Source of the DNA: Hyalangium minutum
Lineage (GTDB): Bacteria > Myxococcota > Myxococcia > Myxococcales > Myxococcaceae
Direction: 5' to 3'
NCBI RefSeq assembly: GCF_000737315.1
Contig: NZ_JMCB01000001.1
Location: 20,001-144,000 of the forward strand
DNA length: 124,000 nucleotides
The notes under the pieces were generated by a model. That model worked only from the letters and a program-made list of their open reading frames with translations, was not told the DNA's origin and ran no database searches. The translations under genes were made by a program, and so were the position numbers. Positions 87,096-98,600 of the stretch are shown here, in pieces (position 1 is the first letter of the stretch; each line of letters begins with the position of its first letter).

Positions 87096-88490
87096 ATGGC
87101 TGACGACTTCGACTTGGTGGTAATTGGCTCGGGCCCCGCGGGCGAGCAGGGCGCTGTCCACGCTGCACGGCTCGGCAAGCGCGTGGTGGTGGTCGAGAAG
87201 GAGCCCGTCCCCGGTGGCACTGCGGCCAACACCGGCACCCTGCCCTCCAAGACGCTGCGCGAGACGGCGCTCTACCTCTCCGGCTACCGCGCCCGCGGCC
87301 TCTTCGGCGTGGAGACCGTGCTGAAGCGGGAGGCCACCGTCTCCGATCTCCTCTACCGCGAGCGCCGAGTGAAGGAGACCGAGCGCGCCCGCATCGACGT
87401 GAACCTCGAGCGCAACGGCGTGGAGCGAGTGCAGGGCAAGGGCTCGCTCGTGGACGCGCACACCGTCCTGGTCCAGCGCGAGGGACACCCCGATCGCCGG
87501 ATCACGGCCCGCTTCATCCTCATCGCCACCGGCTCCTCGCCCTACCGCCCGCCGCTCTACCCGTTCGATGATCCCCGGGTACACGACTCGGACGAGCTCC
87601 TCGACATCACGGCGCTGCCCAGCGCGCTGATGGTGGTCGGCGCTGGCGTGGTCGGCTGCGAGTACGCGTGCATGTTCGCCGCCCTGGGCATCCCGGTGAC
87701 GCTGGTGGACCCAAAGCCGGACCTGCTGTCCTTCCTGGACACCGAATTCTCAGGGCTGCTGCGCGAGCGGATGACGGCACTCGGCGTGCGGATGCGCCTG
87801 GGGCACTCGGTGGAGGCCATCCAGGTGCCCCAGGAGAACACCGAGCCCATCCGGCTGACGCTCGCTGGCGGCGAAATGATTGAGGTGGACCAGGTGCTGG
87901 TGGCTGCGGGCCGCTCGGCCAACACCGCGGGGCTCGGGCTGGAGCCCGTGGGCGTCAAGCTGGGCAAGCGCGGCCAGGTGGAGGTGGGCTCCACGTACCA
88001 GACGGCCGTGCCCCACATCTACGCGGTGGGAGACGTGATCGGCTTCCCGGCGCTGGCCTCCACCGCGATGGAGCAAGCGCGTGTGGCGGTGCTGCACGCC
88101 TTCGGCCAAGTGCAGACGATCTCCCCGGTGCTGCCCTACGGCATCTACACCATCCCCGAGGTCTCCATGGCGGGCGAGACGGAGCAGGGCCTGATCGCCA
88201 AGGGCATCCCCTATGTCGCGGGCCGCGCCGGGTACGTCATCAATCCCCGGGGGCAGATCATCGGAGAGGGGCGCGGCAGGCTGAAGCTGCTCTTCCACCG
88301 AGAGAGCCTGAAGCTGCTCGGGGTGCATGTGCTGGGCGAGCAGGCCTCGGAGCTGGTGCACATCGGGCTGCTGGCACTGGTGGCGGGTGCTGGAACGCAG
88401 CTCTTCGTGGAAACGTGCTTCAACTACCCGACGCTCTCCGAGATGTACAAGACGGCCACTTACGACGCGCTGCAACAACTCCAGGCCTGA
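87096..88490 (+). CDS. sthA: Soluble pyridine nucleotide transhydrogenase
   Basis: GSGPAG, NTGTLPSKTLRE (no redox Cys pair) and FNYPTLSE motifs. Confidence 0.88.
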   Translation: MADDFDLVVIGSGPAGEQGAVHAARLGKRVVVVEKEPVPGGTAANTGTLPSKTLRETALYLSGYRARGLFGVETVLKREATVSDLLYRERRVKETERARIDVNLERNGVERVQGKGSLVDAHTVLVQREGHPDRRITARFILIATGSSPYRPPLYPFDDPRVHDSDELLDITALPSALMVVGAGVVGCEYACMFAALGIPVTLVDPKPDLLSFLDTEFSGLLRERMTALGVRMRLGHSVEAIQVPQENTEPIRLTLAGGEMIEVDQVLVAAGRSANTAGLGLEPVGVKLGKRGQVEVGSTYQTAVPHIYAVGDVIGFPALASTAMEQARVAVLHAFGQVQTISPVLPYGIYTIPEVSMAGETEQGLIAKGIPYVAGRAGYVINPRGQIIGEGRGRLKLLFHRESLKLLGVHVLGEQASELVHIGLLALVAGAGTQLFVETCFNYPTLSEMYKTATYDALQQLQA

Positions 88491-88709
88491 GCTCACCGCC
88501 TCAGGGGCTGAGATTGCTGCTCAAATGACTACGTCTGTCCACAAAGAATCCAGCAGAGACGCAGAATCTTGATCCATGTGCAGCCTTGAGTGTTGACCCC
88601 CGCCATCAATCCGGGTAAAAGTCGAATTCACCAGCTAGTCAGGAAAGCCGCTTAAGCAGGGCTTACAGACTGGTCGGCCGAAGCATCGACGGCGCTGAGG
88701 GGGTCAACC

Positions 88710-89576
88710 GTGACTACCATCTATATCTTTCCAGGCCAGGGTTCTCAGAGCATCGGCATGGGCAAGGAGCTCTTCCCCCGGTACAGCCATCTGCTGCGCC
88801 AGGCGGACGCGCTGCTGGGGTACTCGGTCGCGGAGCTGTGCCTGTCCGGCCCCCAGGAGCGCCTGAGCGACACGCGCTTCACGCAGCCGGCGCTCTACGT
88901 CATCAACGCCCTGTCCTACCTGGAGACGGTGCGCCAGACGGGCGTGCTGCCAGACTTCGTCGCGGGCCACAGCCTGGGCGAGTACAGCGCCCTGTTCGCC
89001 GCGGGCGCCTTCGACTTCCTCACGGGGCTGGAGCTGGTTCAGCGCCGCGGAGAGCTGATGGCCGCCGCGAAGGGGGGCGGTATGGCGGCGGTGATCGGCC
89101 TGTCCCCGGAGCGGCTCCAGGCGCTCCTCACGCGCCACGGCCTGGCTTCGCTGGATGTCGCCAACTTCAACGCGCCCCAGCAGACAGTCCTGTCCGGGCC
89201 TACCCAGGACATTCAGCTCGCTCGGCCGCTGCTCGAGCGAGAGGGGGCCCGAACGGTGGTGCCCCTCAAGGTGAGCGCTGCCTTCCACTCGCGGTACATG
89301 CGTGACGCGGCGACAGCGTTCTCGCAGTTCCTCGCGAACTACCAGTTCGCGGAGCTGAAGATCCCGGTCATCTCCAACGTCGAGGCCGCTCCGTATCAGG
89401 ATGCACGTGTCGCCGAGACACTGGTGAAGCAGCTCGTCAGCCCCGTCCGCTGGGTCGAGAGCGTCGAGTTCCTCCTCAAGCAGCCGAACCCCCAGCTGCG
89501 CGAGGTGGGACCGGGCCAGGTCCTCACGGGTCTTACCCGGCAGATTGCCCAGCAGCCGCTGCGCGCCGTCTCCTGA
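88710..89576 (+). CDS. Discrete malonyl-CoA acyltransferase (trans-AT)
   Basis: FPGQGSQ, GHSLG and AFHS motifs; first gene of the PKS cluster. Confidence 0.92.
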   Translation: MTTIYIFPGQGSQSIGMGKELFPRYSHLLRQADALLGYSVAELCLSGPQERLSDTRFTQPALYVINALSYLETVRQTGVLPDFVAGHSLGEYSALFAAGAFDFLTGLELVQRRGELMAAAKGGGMAAVIGLSPERLQALLTRHGLASLDVANFNAPQQTVLSGPTQDIQLARPLLEREGARTVVPLKVSAAFHSRYMRDAATAFSQFLANYQFAELKIPVISNVEAAPYQDARVAETLVKQLVSPVRWVESVEFLLKQPNPQLREVGPGQVLTGLTRQIAQQPLRAVS

Positions 89577-89691
89577 CAGCTCCTGATCCGCGTGTCAGGG
89601 CAGCCGTCCAAAAAAGCGCTCCTTGAGCGCTTTTTTCGTTTTTCCGGGCCCTTGTCATAAAACGGACGCCGCTCCCGCTCTGGACCTTCCC

Positions 89692-92600
89692 ATGTCCCCC
89701 GCATCGACGCTGAACGAGGTGCGCTTCACTCGAGGTGAATTGGAGCAGTTCTGCCAAGCCAGCCTCGACACGAATCCCCTCCACCTCTCCGACGACTACG
89801 CGCGCAAGAGCCCCTACGGCGCGCGAATCGTTCACGGCATTCTTGGCGCGCTGACCCTCTTGGGGCGGCTGAGAGAGCGGCCCCAGCAGCGACTGGCGCG
89901 GCTGGAACTTCGCTTCCTGAATCCGCTCTTTCTGGATCAGCCCTATAGGCTCTCTATCCAGGAGCCCACGCCAGACAAGACCCTGGCCACCCTCTTTGAC
90001 GGAGGCCGAGAGCTGCTCCAGTTGGTGGCGCACTTCCACACGGGCCCGCTCGCTCGTCCTCCCGCAGCTGACACTCCAGCACGGGCACCGCGCGAACAGC
90101 CTGCAGAGCTCGGACTCGAGGATCTCCGTGCAGGCCAACTCCTTGAAGAGGACTACTCACCACGTTGGTCGGTACTGACCGACCTGATACATCAGTTGGG
90201 TGTCACAGGCAAGGGCGTCGATGTGCAGCAGGCGGCGGTGCTGGCCTGGAGCAGCTATCTGATCGGCATGGAGGTACCGGGCCGGCAGGCCCTCTACTCG
90301 CGGCTGGATGCAGACTTCGACGCGGTGGCGGGTGAGGCGTCGTCTCTCCACTGCCGGACGGAGGTCCAGTCCGTGGAGAAGCAGTTCGGCCTGGTGCGGC
90401 TGCGTGCCAGGGTCGGCGCCGGGACCCCGATCGCCTCGCTGGAGTTGCGCGCCTTCGTCCGGCCAGAGCTACCACCGTCCTCGGTGGAGCTCCTCACCCG
90501 CCTGCAGCCGGAGTCGCGGGTGCTGGCCGGCAAGGTGGCGCTGGTGATCGGCGGCAGCCGGGGGCTGGGCGCCGCGCTCGTCCAAGCGCTGGCGCTCCAG
90601 GGCTGCACCGTCTACCTCAACTACCTCAAGAGCGAGCGAGAGGCGGCAGCCGTCCGGGACGCACTGGGAGCACGGGCGAGCGCGGTGCACCTGCTCCAGG
90701 GAGATGGCAGCGATCTGGAGTGGTGCCAGCGGGCCCAGGCGGAGATCCTTGGACGCCACGGGCGCCTGGACCTTCTGCTCTGCAACGCGTGTCTCCCCTT
90801 GCAGCCGCTGCGTGTGGAGCCGGATCCCACCTCGCGCCTCACCGAGTACGTGCGCAAGAGCCTGGCGCTGGTTCACGCGCCCCTCTCGTGCTTCTTGGAG
90901 GAGCTCGCCCGGCAGAAGGGGCAGGCCGTCGTCCTCTCCTCGTCCGCGGTTCGGGAGCCGCTCGCGGGCTGGCCCCACTACGTGAGCGCCAAGTGCGCCA
91001 TCGAAGGGCTGGCGCGCACCGCAGCCCTCGAGTACCCCCAGGTCTCCGTCATCGTGGCACGCCCGCCCCGCCTGCTGACGGAGCTCACGAATACGCCGCT
91101 CGGCAATGACAGCGCGCTGCGCCCGGAGGCAGTGGCCACCTCCCTGGTGCGCAGCCTGCTCACGGCGCCCTCCACCGGCCAGGTGGTGATGCTCGAGGAC
91201 TTCACGGACACGGCCTCTGTCAGACCGCCCACGGAGGCTCCTCCCCCGGCGCAGGAGCAAGCCGCGCCACAAGAGAAGGCCGCATCACAGGAGAAGGCCG
91301 TGCCACAGGAGCAGAAGACTGCCCCCCGCCGCAAGCTGGCCATCGCCGCCACCTTTACCGCAGAGCCCCTCCAGGAGAGCCTGGAGTTCTGGGGCGAAGA
91401 GCTGAAGCTCGGCCTGGAGGTCGAGTTCGCCCCCTACAACCAGATCTTCCAGGAGCTGCTGGCCCCCTCAAGCCTGCTCAGCGGCAACGCGGAGGGCCTC
91501 AACGTGCTGCTGCTGCGCCCCGAGGACTGGGTGCACTACGAGCACGCGGACGGCAGAGACGATCACGGCCCCGCCCACCCCGCCGAGCGCGACTTCGCCA
91601 CCTTCTCCCAGAAGGTGGAGCGCAGCACGGGGGACCTGATCGCGGCGGTGAAGACCCACAAGGCCCGGAGCAAAGCCCCCTTGTTGGTGTGCCTGTGTCC
91701 ATCCACCCCGGAGCTGCTGCGGCACAAGGGCTACGCCCTCTTCCTGCGCCGGATCGAGGAGCGGCTCGAGCGCGAACTCAAGGCCCAACCCGGGACGTAC
91801 GTCCTCCAGGCGGCTGCGTTCGCGGAGCAGTACCCTGTCTCCCAGTACCACGATGAGGTGCGCGACCAGATGGGGCACATCCCCTACACGCCCGCGTACT
91901 TCAGCGTGCTGGGGACCCTCGTCACCCGCGCGCTCCACAGCATCCTCACCCCTCCCTTCAAGGTCATCGTCCTCGATTGCGACAACACCCTGTGGAAGGG
92001 CGTGTGCGGCGAGGATGGGCCGCAGGGCGTAGACATCTCCCCCAGCTACCGCTACCTGCAGGAGCAGATGGTGCGGCAGCAGGCGCAGGGGATGATCCTC
92101 TGCCTCTGCAGCAAGAACGTGGAGAGCGACGTCATCGAGGTGTTCAAGCAGCGCCCGGAGATGGCGCTCAAGCTGGAGCACATCACCACCCACCGCATCA
92201 ACTGGCTGCCCAAGTCGCAGAATCTGCGCTCGCTGGCGGAGGAGCTCAACGTCGGGTTGGACAGCTTCATCTTCCTGGACGACAACCCGGTGGAGATCGC
92301 CGAGGTGAAGGCGGCCTGCCCGCAGGTGCTGGCGCTGACGGTGCCCAAGGAGGCCGAAGCCCTGCCCACCCTGGTCGACCACATCTGGGCCTTTGATCGG
92401 CTGGTCGTCACCGAGGAGGACAAGAAGCGCACGCAGATGTACCGCCAGAACAAGGAGCGGGACACTTACCAACAGTCCGCTACCAGCTTTGGCGAGTTCC
92501 TCCACGGGCTGGGCCTGGACATCCGCATCACCGAGATGACAGCCGCGCAGCGTCCCCGCGTGTCGCAGCTCACCCAGCGCACCAACCAGTTCAACTTCAC

Positions 92601-95600
92601 CACGGTGCGGCGCTCCGAGGCGGAACTCCAGCAACTGGTGGACGCCGGGACGCACCAGATCTGGACCACGCAGGTGAGTGATCGCTTCGGAGACTACGGC
92701 CTGGTGGGCGTGGTGATCAGCCGGCGCGATGCCGACCGCATCTCGGTGGACTCGTTCATGCTCAGCTGCCGGGTGCTGGGCCGGGGCGTGGAGCATGCCA
92801 TGCTCGCGCGCCTGGGCCAGCTCGCCCTGGACTCGGGCCTGGAGTGGGTGGAGGCCACCTTCACTCCCACCGCCAAGAACCCTCCCGCGCTCCGCTTCCT
92901 GGAGGCGGCTGGGTCGCAGTTCCGGCAGGAGGCCGAGGGCCGCAGCATCTTCCGCTTCCCCGCGCAGTACGCGGCCACGGTCACCTTCTCTCCCGACAAG
93001 GTGGACCAGCAGGACCTGGAGCTCGCCGCCAACGCCGACAAGGGCGGCAAGCCGACAGCTCCCGCCTCCATGGATGCCTCGCGGCTGGAGCGGCTCGAGC
93101 GCATCACCCGAGAGCTGTCCGAGCCCCGGCGCATCCATGAGCGCGTCAGCGCCTACCACGCCGCCCGGCGGGCGGGGCCGCTCCCCGCCCCTGAGGTCCG
93201 GCCCACCGAGCCCGCCATGAGTGCGGCGGCGGCTCCCCCATCGAATGCTCCGAGCGCTCCGAGTGCGCCTGGAGAGCCGGACGAGGCGGCGCTGTTGCGC
93301 GCCACCGTGGACTTCCTGCAGGGCATCTTCGGCCGGTTCCTCAGCGCCGCACGGACAGGGGTGAAGCTCGATACGCACTTCGAGGCGCTCGGGCTCACGT
93401 CCTTCTCGATCATCGACATCACCGTCGCGCTCGAGGACGAGCTGGGCAGCCTGCCCAAAACATTGCTCTTCGAGCACAAGACGCTGGGTAGCCTCGCGCG
93501 CTACCTCTTCACGGAGCGTCGGGCTGACCTGCTGCGGAAGGTAAAACCCACCGCCGCGCCCGCTGCCGTGCCCGTGCCCGTGCCCGCTCTCATGCCCACG
93601 GCCTCCCTGGAGCGGCCTCATTCCCAGGAAACAGCCTCCGGCCCCTCTTCGAAGACAGACATCGCGATCATCGGCATCTCGGGCCGCTACCCTCAGGCAC
93701 GCAACCTCCACGAGTTCTGGGAGAGCCTGCGCGCAGGCCGGAGCAACATCACCGAGGTCCCGGCGGATCGCTGGGAACACTCGCGCTTCTACGATCCGAG
93801 CGGCAAGAAGCGCGACAAGAGCTACACGAAGTGGGGCGGCTTCGTTGAAGGTGTCGGCGAGTTCGACTCGCTCTTCTTCAACATCTCCCCCAAAGAAGCT
93901 GAGCAGATGGACCCCCAGCAGCGGCTCTTCCTGGAGGTCGTCTACGAGGCTGTCGAGGACGCGGGCTACACCCGCCGGACCCTGGGCCGGAATGTCGGCG
94001 TGTACGCCGGGGTGATGGCCAACAACTACCTGCTCTTCAGCGCCGAGGCCGCGCTCGCGGGCCACAGCCCGTACCCCTACGCAGACAACTACCAGGTCGC
94101 CAACCGCATCTCGTACTTCTTCGACTTCAGCGGCCCCAGCCTGTCCATTGACACGGCGTGCTCCGCCTCGGGCGTGGCCCTGCACACCGCCTGTGAGGCC
94201 CTGCGCTCCGGCGCGTGCAGCGTGGCCATCGCGGGTGGCGTCAACCTGATCCTCCACCCGTACCGCTCCGTTCAGTACTCGCAGATGACGATGCTCTCGC
94301 GAGACGAGCGCTGCCGCGCGTTCGGCAGCGACGCGCAGGGCTTCGTCATGGGCGAGGGCGTGGGCGCCGTGCTCCTCAAGCCGTTGGCTCAGGCCCTGAA
94401 GGATGGGGACCATATCTACGGCCTCATCAAGGGCAGCGCCGTCAACCATGGTGGCAGAACGAGCGGCTTCACCGTGCCCAACCCGACGGCCCAGGGCGAG
94501 CTGGTGGCCGAGGCATTGAAGCGCGGAGGCGTGGACGCACGCTCCATCAGCTACGTCGAGGCGCACGGCACAGGCACGCCGCTGGGAGACCCGATCGAGG
94601 TCCGAGGCCTCACCGCCGCCTTCCGGCAGGACACTGCCGACACGGGGTTCTGCGCCATCGGCAGTGTGAAGCCCAACATCGGCCACCTGGAGCCCGCGGC
94701 CGCCATCGCCGGACTCACCAAGGTACTGCTGCAGATGCGCCATGGCACCCTGGTGCCCTCGCTCAACTCCGAGCAGCTCAACCCCTACATCGACTTCGAG
94801 AGCTCGCCCTTCCGTGTCCAGCGCGAGCGGGCGGAGTGGAAGCGCCCGCGCTGGAAGCGCCAGGGCGTCACCGTCGAAGCACCGCGCCGGGCCGGCCTGA
94901 GCTCGTTTGGGGCGGGCGGCGTCAACGCGCACCTCGTGGTGGAGGAGTATGTCCACGAGCCGACTTCCGCGACGCAGGGCCCGCAGCTCATCGTCCTCTC
95001 CGCGAAGAACGCGGAGCGGCTGCGCGAGAGCCTGGAGCGGCTTCAGCGCGCCCTCACCCACCCGCCGCAGGCTCCCGCGCACCTGCGCCCGAGCCTCGGC
95101 GATATCGCCTACACGCTGCAGGTGGGCCGTGAGTCCTTCGAGGAGCGCGTGGCGCTCATCGTACAGGACCTCGAGGAGCTCTCGCGGAAGCTGGAGAAGC
95201 TGGCCGTGGGCGAGAAGGGCGTCGAGGGTGTCTTCACCGGCAACATCAAGAACCGCGGCGCTGTGGACACGCTCGGTGAGGGCGAGGAGGCACTCGCATT
95301 CACCCAGGCCCTGATCCGCAACGGCCGGCTCGACAAGCTGGCGCAGCTCTGGACGCAGGGGGCGGAGCTCCCCTGGGAGCAGCTCCACGCGGGGCAGAAG
95401 CGTCGCCGGGTCCCCCTCCCCACCTACCCCTTCGCGCGCACCCGTCATTGGCTGCCCGAGAGCGGGCTGCTCTCGGGCCCACGTCCGGTGGAGCCCCGTG
95501 AGGCGCGGCTGGCCCCCACCCGGCCTCACCCGATGATCGACCGTGAGCGCTCCTCGCCCGAGGGGCAGCGCTTCGAGACGCGCTGGGATGGGAGCGAGTT

Positions 95601-98600
95601 CTACCTGAGGGATCACGTCGTGGCGGCGCGGAAGACGCTGCCAGGTGTGGCCTACCTGGAGCTGGCGCGGGCCGCGGGTGCGCTCGCCCGTGGCGCGGGC
95701 GTGGCACGGCTGCGGGCCATGGTGTGGTCCCAGCCCATCCTCGTGCCCGGCGCGCCCGTGGAGGCGCAGGTCGCTCTCCATGCAGTGAAGCACGGCACCG
95801 ACGTCACCATCAGCACCGGCACCTCGGATGGCAACCGCGTGGTCCACGCGCGGTGCCGCCTGGGAGACGAGCACCTCGAGGCCCTCTCCGCTCCGCCCCT
95901 GTTGGACCTGGAGTCCCTGCGCCAGCGCTGCACGCACCGCAAGAGCCAGGAACAGGTCTACGCGGACTTCATCGCCCAGGGCTTCACGTACGGGCCCACC
96001 TTCCAGGCCGTCGTGGAGCATCTGAGTTCGGAGAGCGAGGCCCTCTCGCTGCTGGAGCTGCCGGCCACGGCGGGAGAGCCGGACCACTTCGGGCTCCACC
96101 CCTCGCTGCTGGACGGTGCGCTCCAGACGATCATCGCCAAGGTCCGCGGGAACGAGACGTACCTGCCCTTCGCCCTGGACGAGCTGACCCAGTACGGCCC
96201 GCTGCCCCGGCGGTGCCATGCCTACGTGCGCTTCGAGCGCGAGGACGCCGAGCAGCTGCGCTGCAACGTCCGGCTGCTCGACGAAACGGGCCGGACGCTC
96301 GTGGCGCTCGACGGCCTCACCCTGCGGGCCTTGAAGCCGAAGAGTGTCGAGACCGCTCCTTCGGGGGCCCCCCTCTACCGCCCCGTGTGGGAGCGCGTGA
96401 GCGCGCCTGCCTTCGAGCTGCCTTCGCGGGACACCACCTTCCTGCTCTTCGACGAGGGTGAGGAGCGCTTCCAGGCGTGGACACGGTTCCTCGGCGAGCG
96501 CGGCTTGCCCGCCGAGAGCGTGCACCTGGCCACGCCCGGCCCGCGCTACGCGGCGCTGGGTGGGCAGCGCTACCAGCTCCGCCCGGAGGAGCCAGCCGAC
96601 CACCTCGCGCTCCTCCAGGCGCTGCCGGGAGCAGGGCCTCTCGTGGTGCTCCACGCCTGGCGGCCCCGCGAGCAGGAGCCCACCTCGCCCTTGCAAGGCG
96701 CGGGGCTCGGCTCACTGCTGGCCACCAGCCAAGCGCTGCTCACGCTGAAACAGCGGCCGGAGCTCCGGCTGCTGGCCCTCTGCGCCACGGACGAGGACTC
96801 GCCCCTGTCCGCCGCCGTGGGCGGCTTCATCCGCTCCCTGGCGCAGGAGAGCACCCGCCTCCAGCCCCGAGCCATCCAGCTCGCGGACCCGGCCATCGCG
96901 TCCGATGTGGGCCGGCTCCTGGGTGAGCTGCGCGCCGGAGGGGAGCTGGAGGTGCGCCTGGACGCGTCGGGCCGCCTCGTGCGCCGCTTCCAGCGTGCCA
97001 CGTCCCCGGTGACGAGCCGCTCCGTCCTTCGTGAGAAGGGCGTCTACCTCATCACCGGAGGCATGGGAGGCTTGGGGCTGATCTTCGCGCGGCACCTGGT
97101 GGAGCGCTACCGCGCCTCGGTGGTGCTGACCGGCCGCTCCGCCCTGCGCGAGGAGCAGCAGCGCACGCTGGAGTCACTCCAGGCCCAGGGCGCCCAGCTG
97201 CTCTACCTCCGCGCCGACATCACCCAAGCCGCGGACATCGACTGGATGATGCGCGAGGTCCGCGCCCGCTTCGGGCACCTCCACGGGGTCCTCCACTCCG
97301 CCGGTGTCATCGAGGACGCCTACCTGTCTCAGAAGTCCCGAGAGTCGTTCGCGCGGGTGCTTGCGCCCAAGCTGGCGGGGACCTGGCTGCTGGACCTCGC
97401 CACCGCGCGGGAGCCGCTGGACTTCTTCGTGACGTTCTCCTCGGTGGCCTCGGTGTTCGGCAGCGCGGGCCAGACGGACTACGCCACCGCCAACCGCTTC
97501 CTGGATGCGCAGGCCACCTCCCGCGCGGCGCTCGTCCGGGCGGGCCAGCGCAGCGGCGTCACGCTGTCGCTCAACTGGCCCCTCTGGCAGGAGGGCGGAA
97601 TGCGCGTGGGCGCCGACGTGGTGGAGCTCACCGCCCGCACCACGGGACTGAGGCCCCTGGCCACCGCCACGGGCCTCCAGGCCTTCGAGGAGGCCCTCCG
97701 CCTGGGAGAGCCTCAGCTCGCCGTACTCCATGGAGATCGTGCGCGCATCGAGCAGGCGCTGGAGCCCGGTGCGGGTGCCACGCGCGCCCTGGAGCCCACG
97801 CCAGCCGGAAACCTCCCGGTCTTCGTGCCCCCGGCCGGCGCGGCCCACCCGGCCCGGCTCTCGCACGAGGAGCTCCTCCGCAGGCTCCAGGACTTCCTGC
97901 TTCGCAAGTCCTCCGAGCTGCTCAAGGTCAACGTCGCCGACATCGATCCCGACGATGACATGAGCGACTACGGCTTCGACTCGATCTCCCTGACCGAGCT
98001 GGCCAACGCGCTCAACGAGACCTTCGATCTGGCGCTCACGCCGGTGGTCTTCTTCGAGAACCCCGCCATCAGTGGCCTCGCCCGCTTCCTGATGGAGCGG
98101 CACCGCGACGCCTTCGCCGCGCACTACGATGCCGAGGCCCACGCGGCTGCTGGCCTGGCCGCCGCGCCGGCACCTGCCGCCGCGGCCGAGCCTGCTCCTC
98201 TCCTCGCCTCCGCGCCCATGCCCGCACCGCGGCCCTTGCAAGCCGAGCCGAGGCCGAGCGTCCTCACCGCTCCGAGCGCCCGCCTCTCTCAAGAGGCCCG
98301 CCCGGCGACGGCGGAGCCCATCGCCATCATCGGCATGGCGGGAGTCTTCCCGCAGTCACCGGACCTGGAGACGTTCTGGAAGAACCTGCTGGCGGGCAAG
98401 GATCTGATCCGCGAGGTCCCAGAGGAGCGCTGGGATTGGAAGGCCTGGTACGGCGACCCGAAGCGCGAGCCCAACAAGACGACGTGCAAGTGGGGTGGCT
98501 TCATCGATGAGGTGGATGCCTTCGACGCGCTCTTCTTCAACATCTCGCCGCGCGAGGCGCAGTTCATGGATCCGCAGCAGCGGATCTTCCTCGAGACAGC

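Noticed and set aside
91468-96696. Long minus-strand ORFs opposite the PKS genes (also 103548-106370 and 111413-113158)
   Set aside because: Antisense shadows of strongly supported PKS frames.
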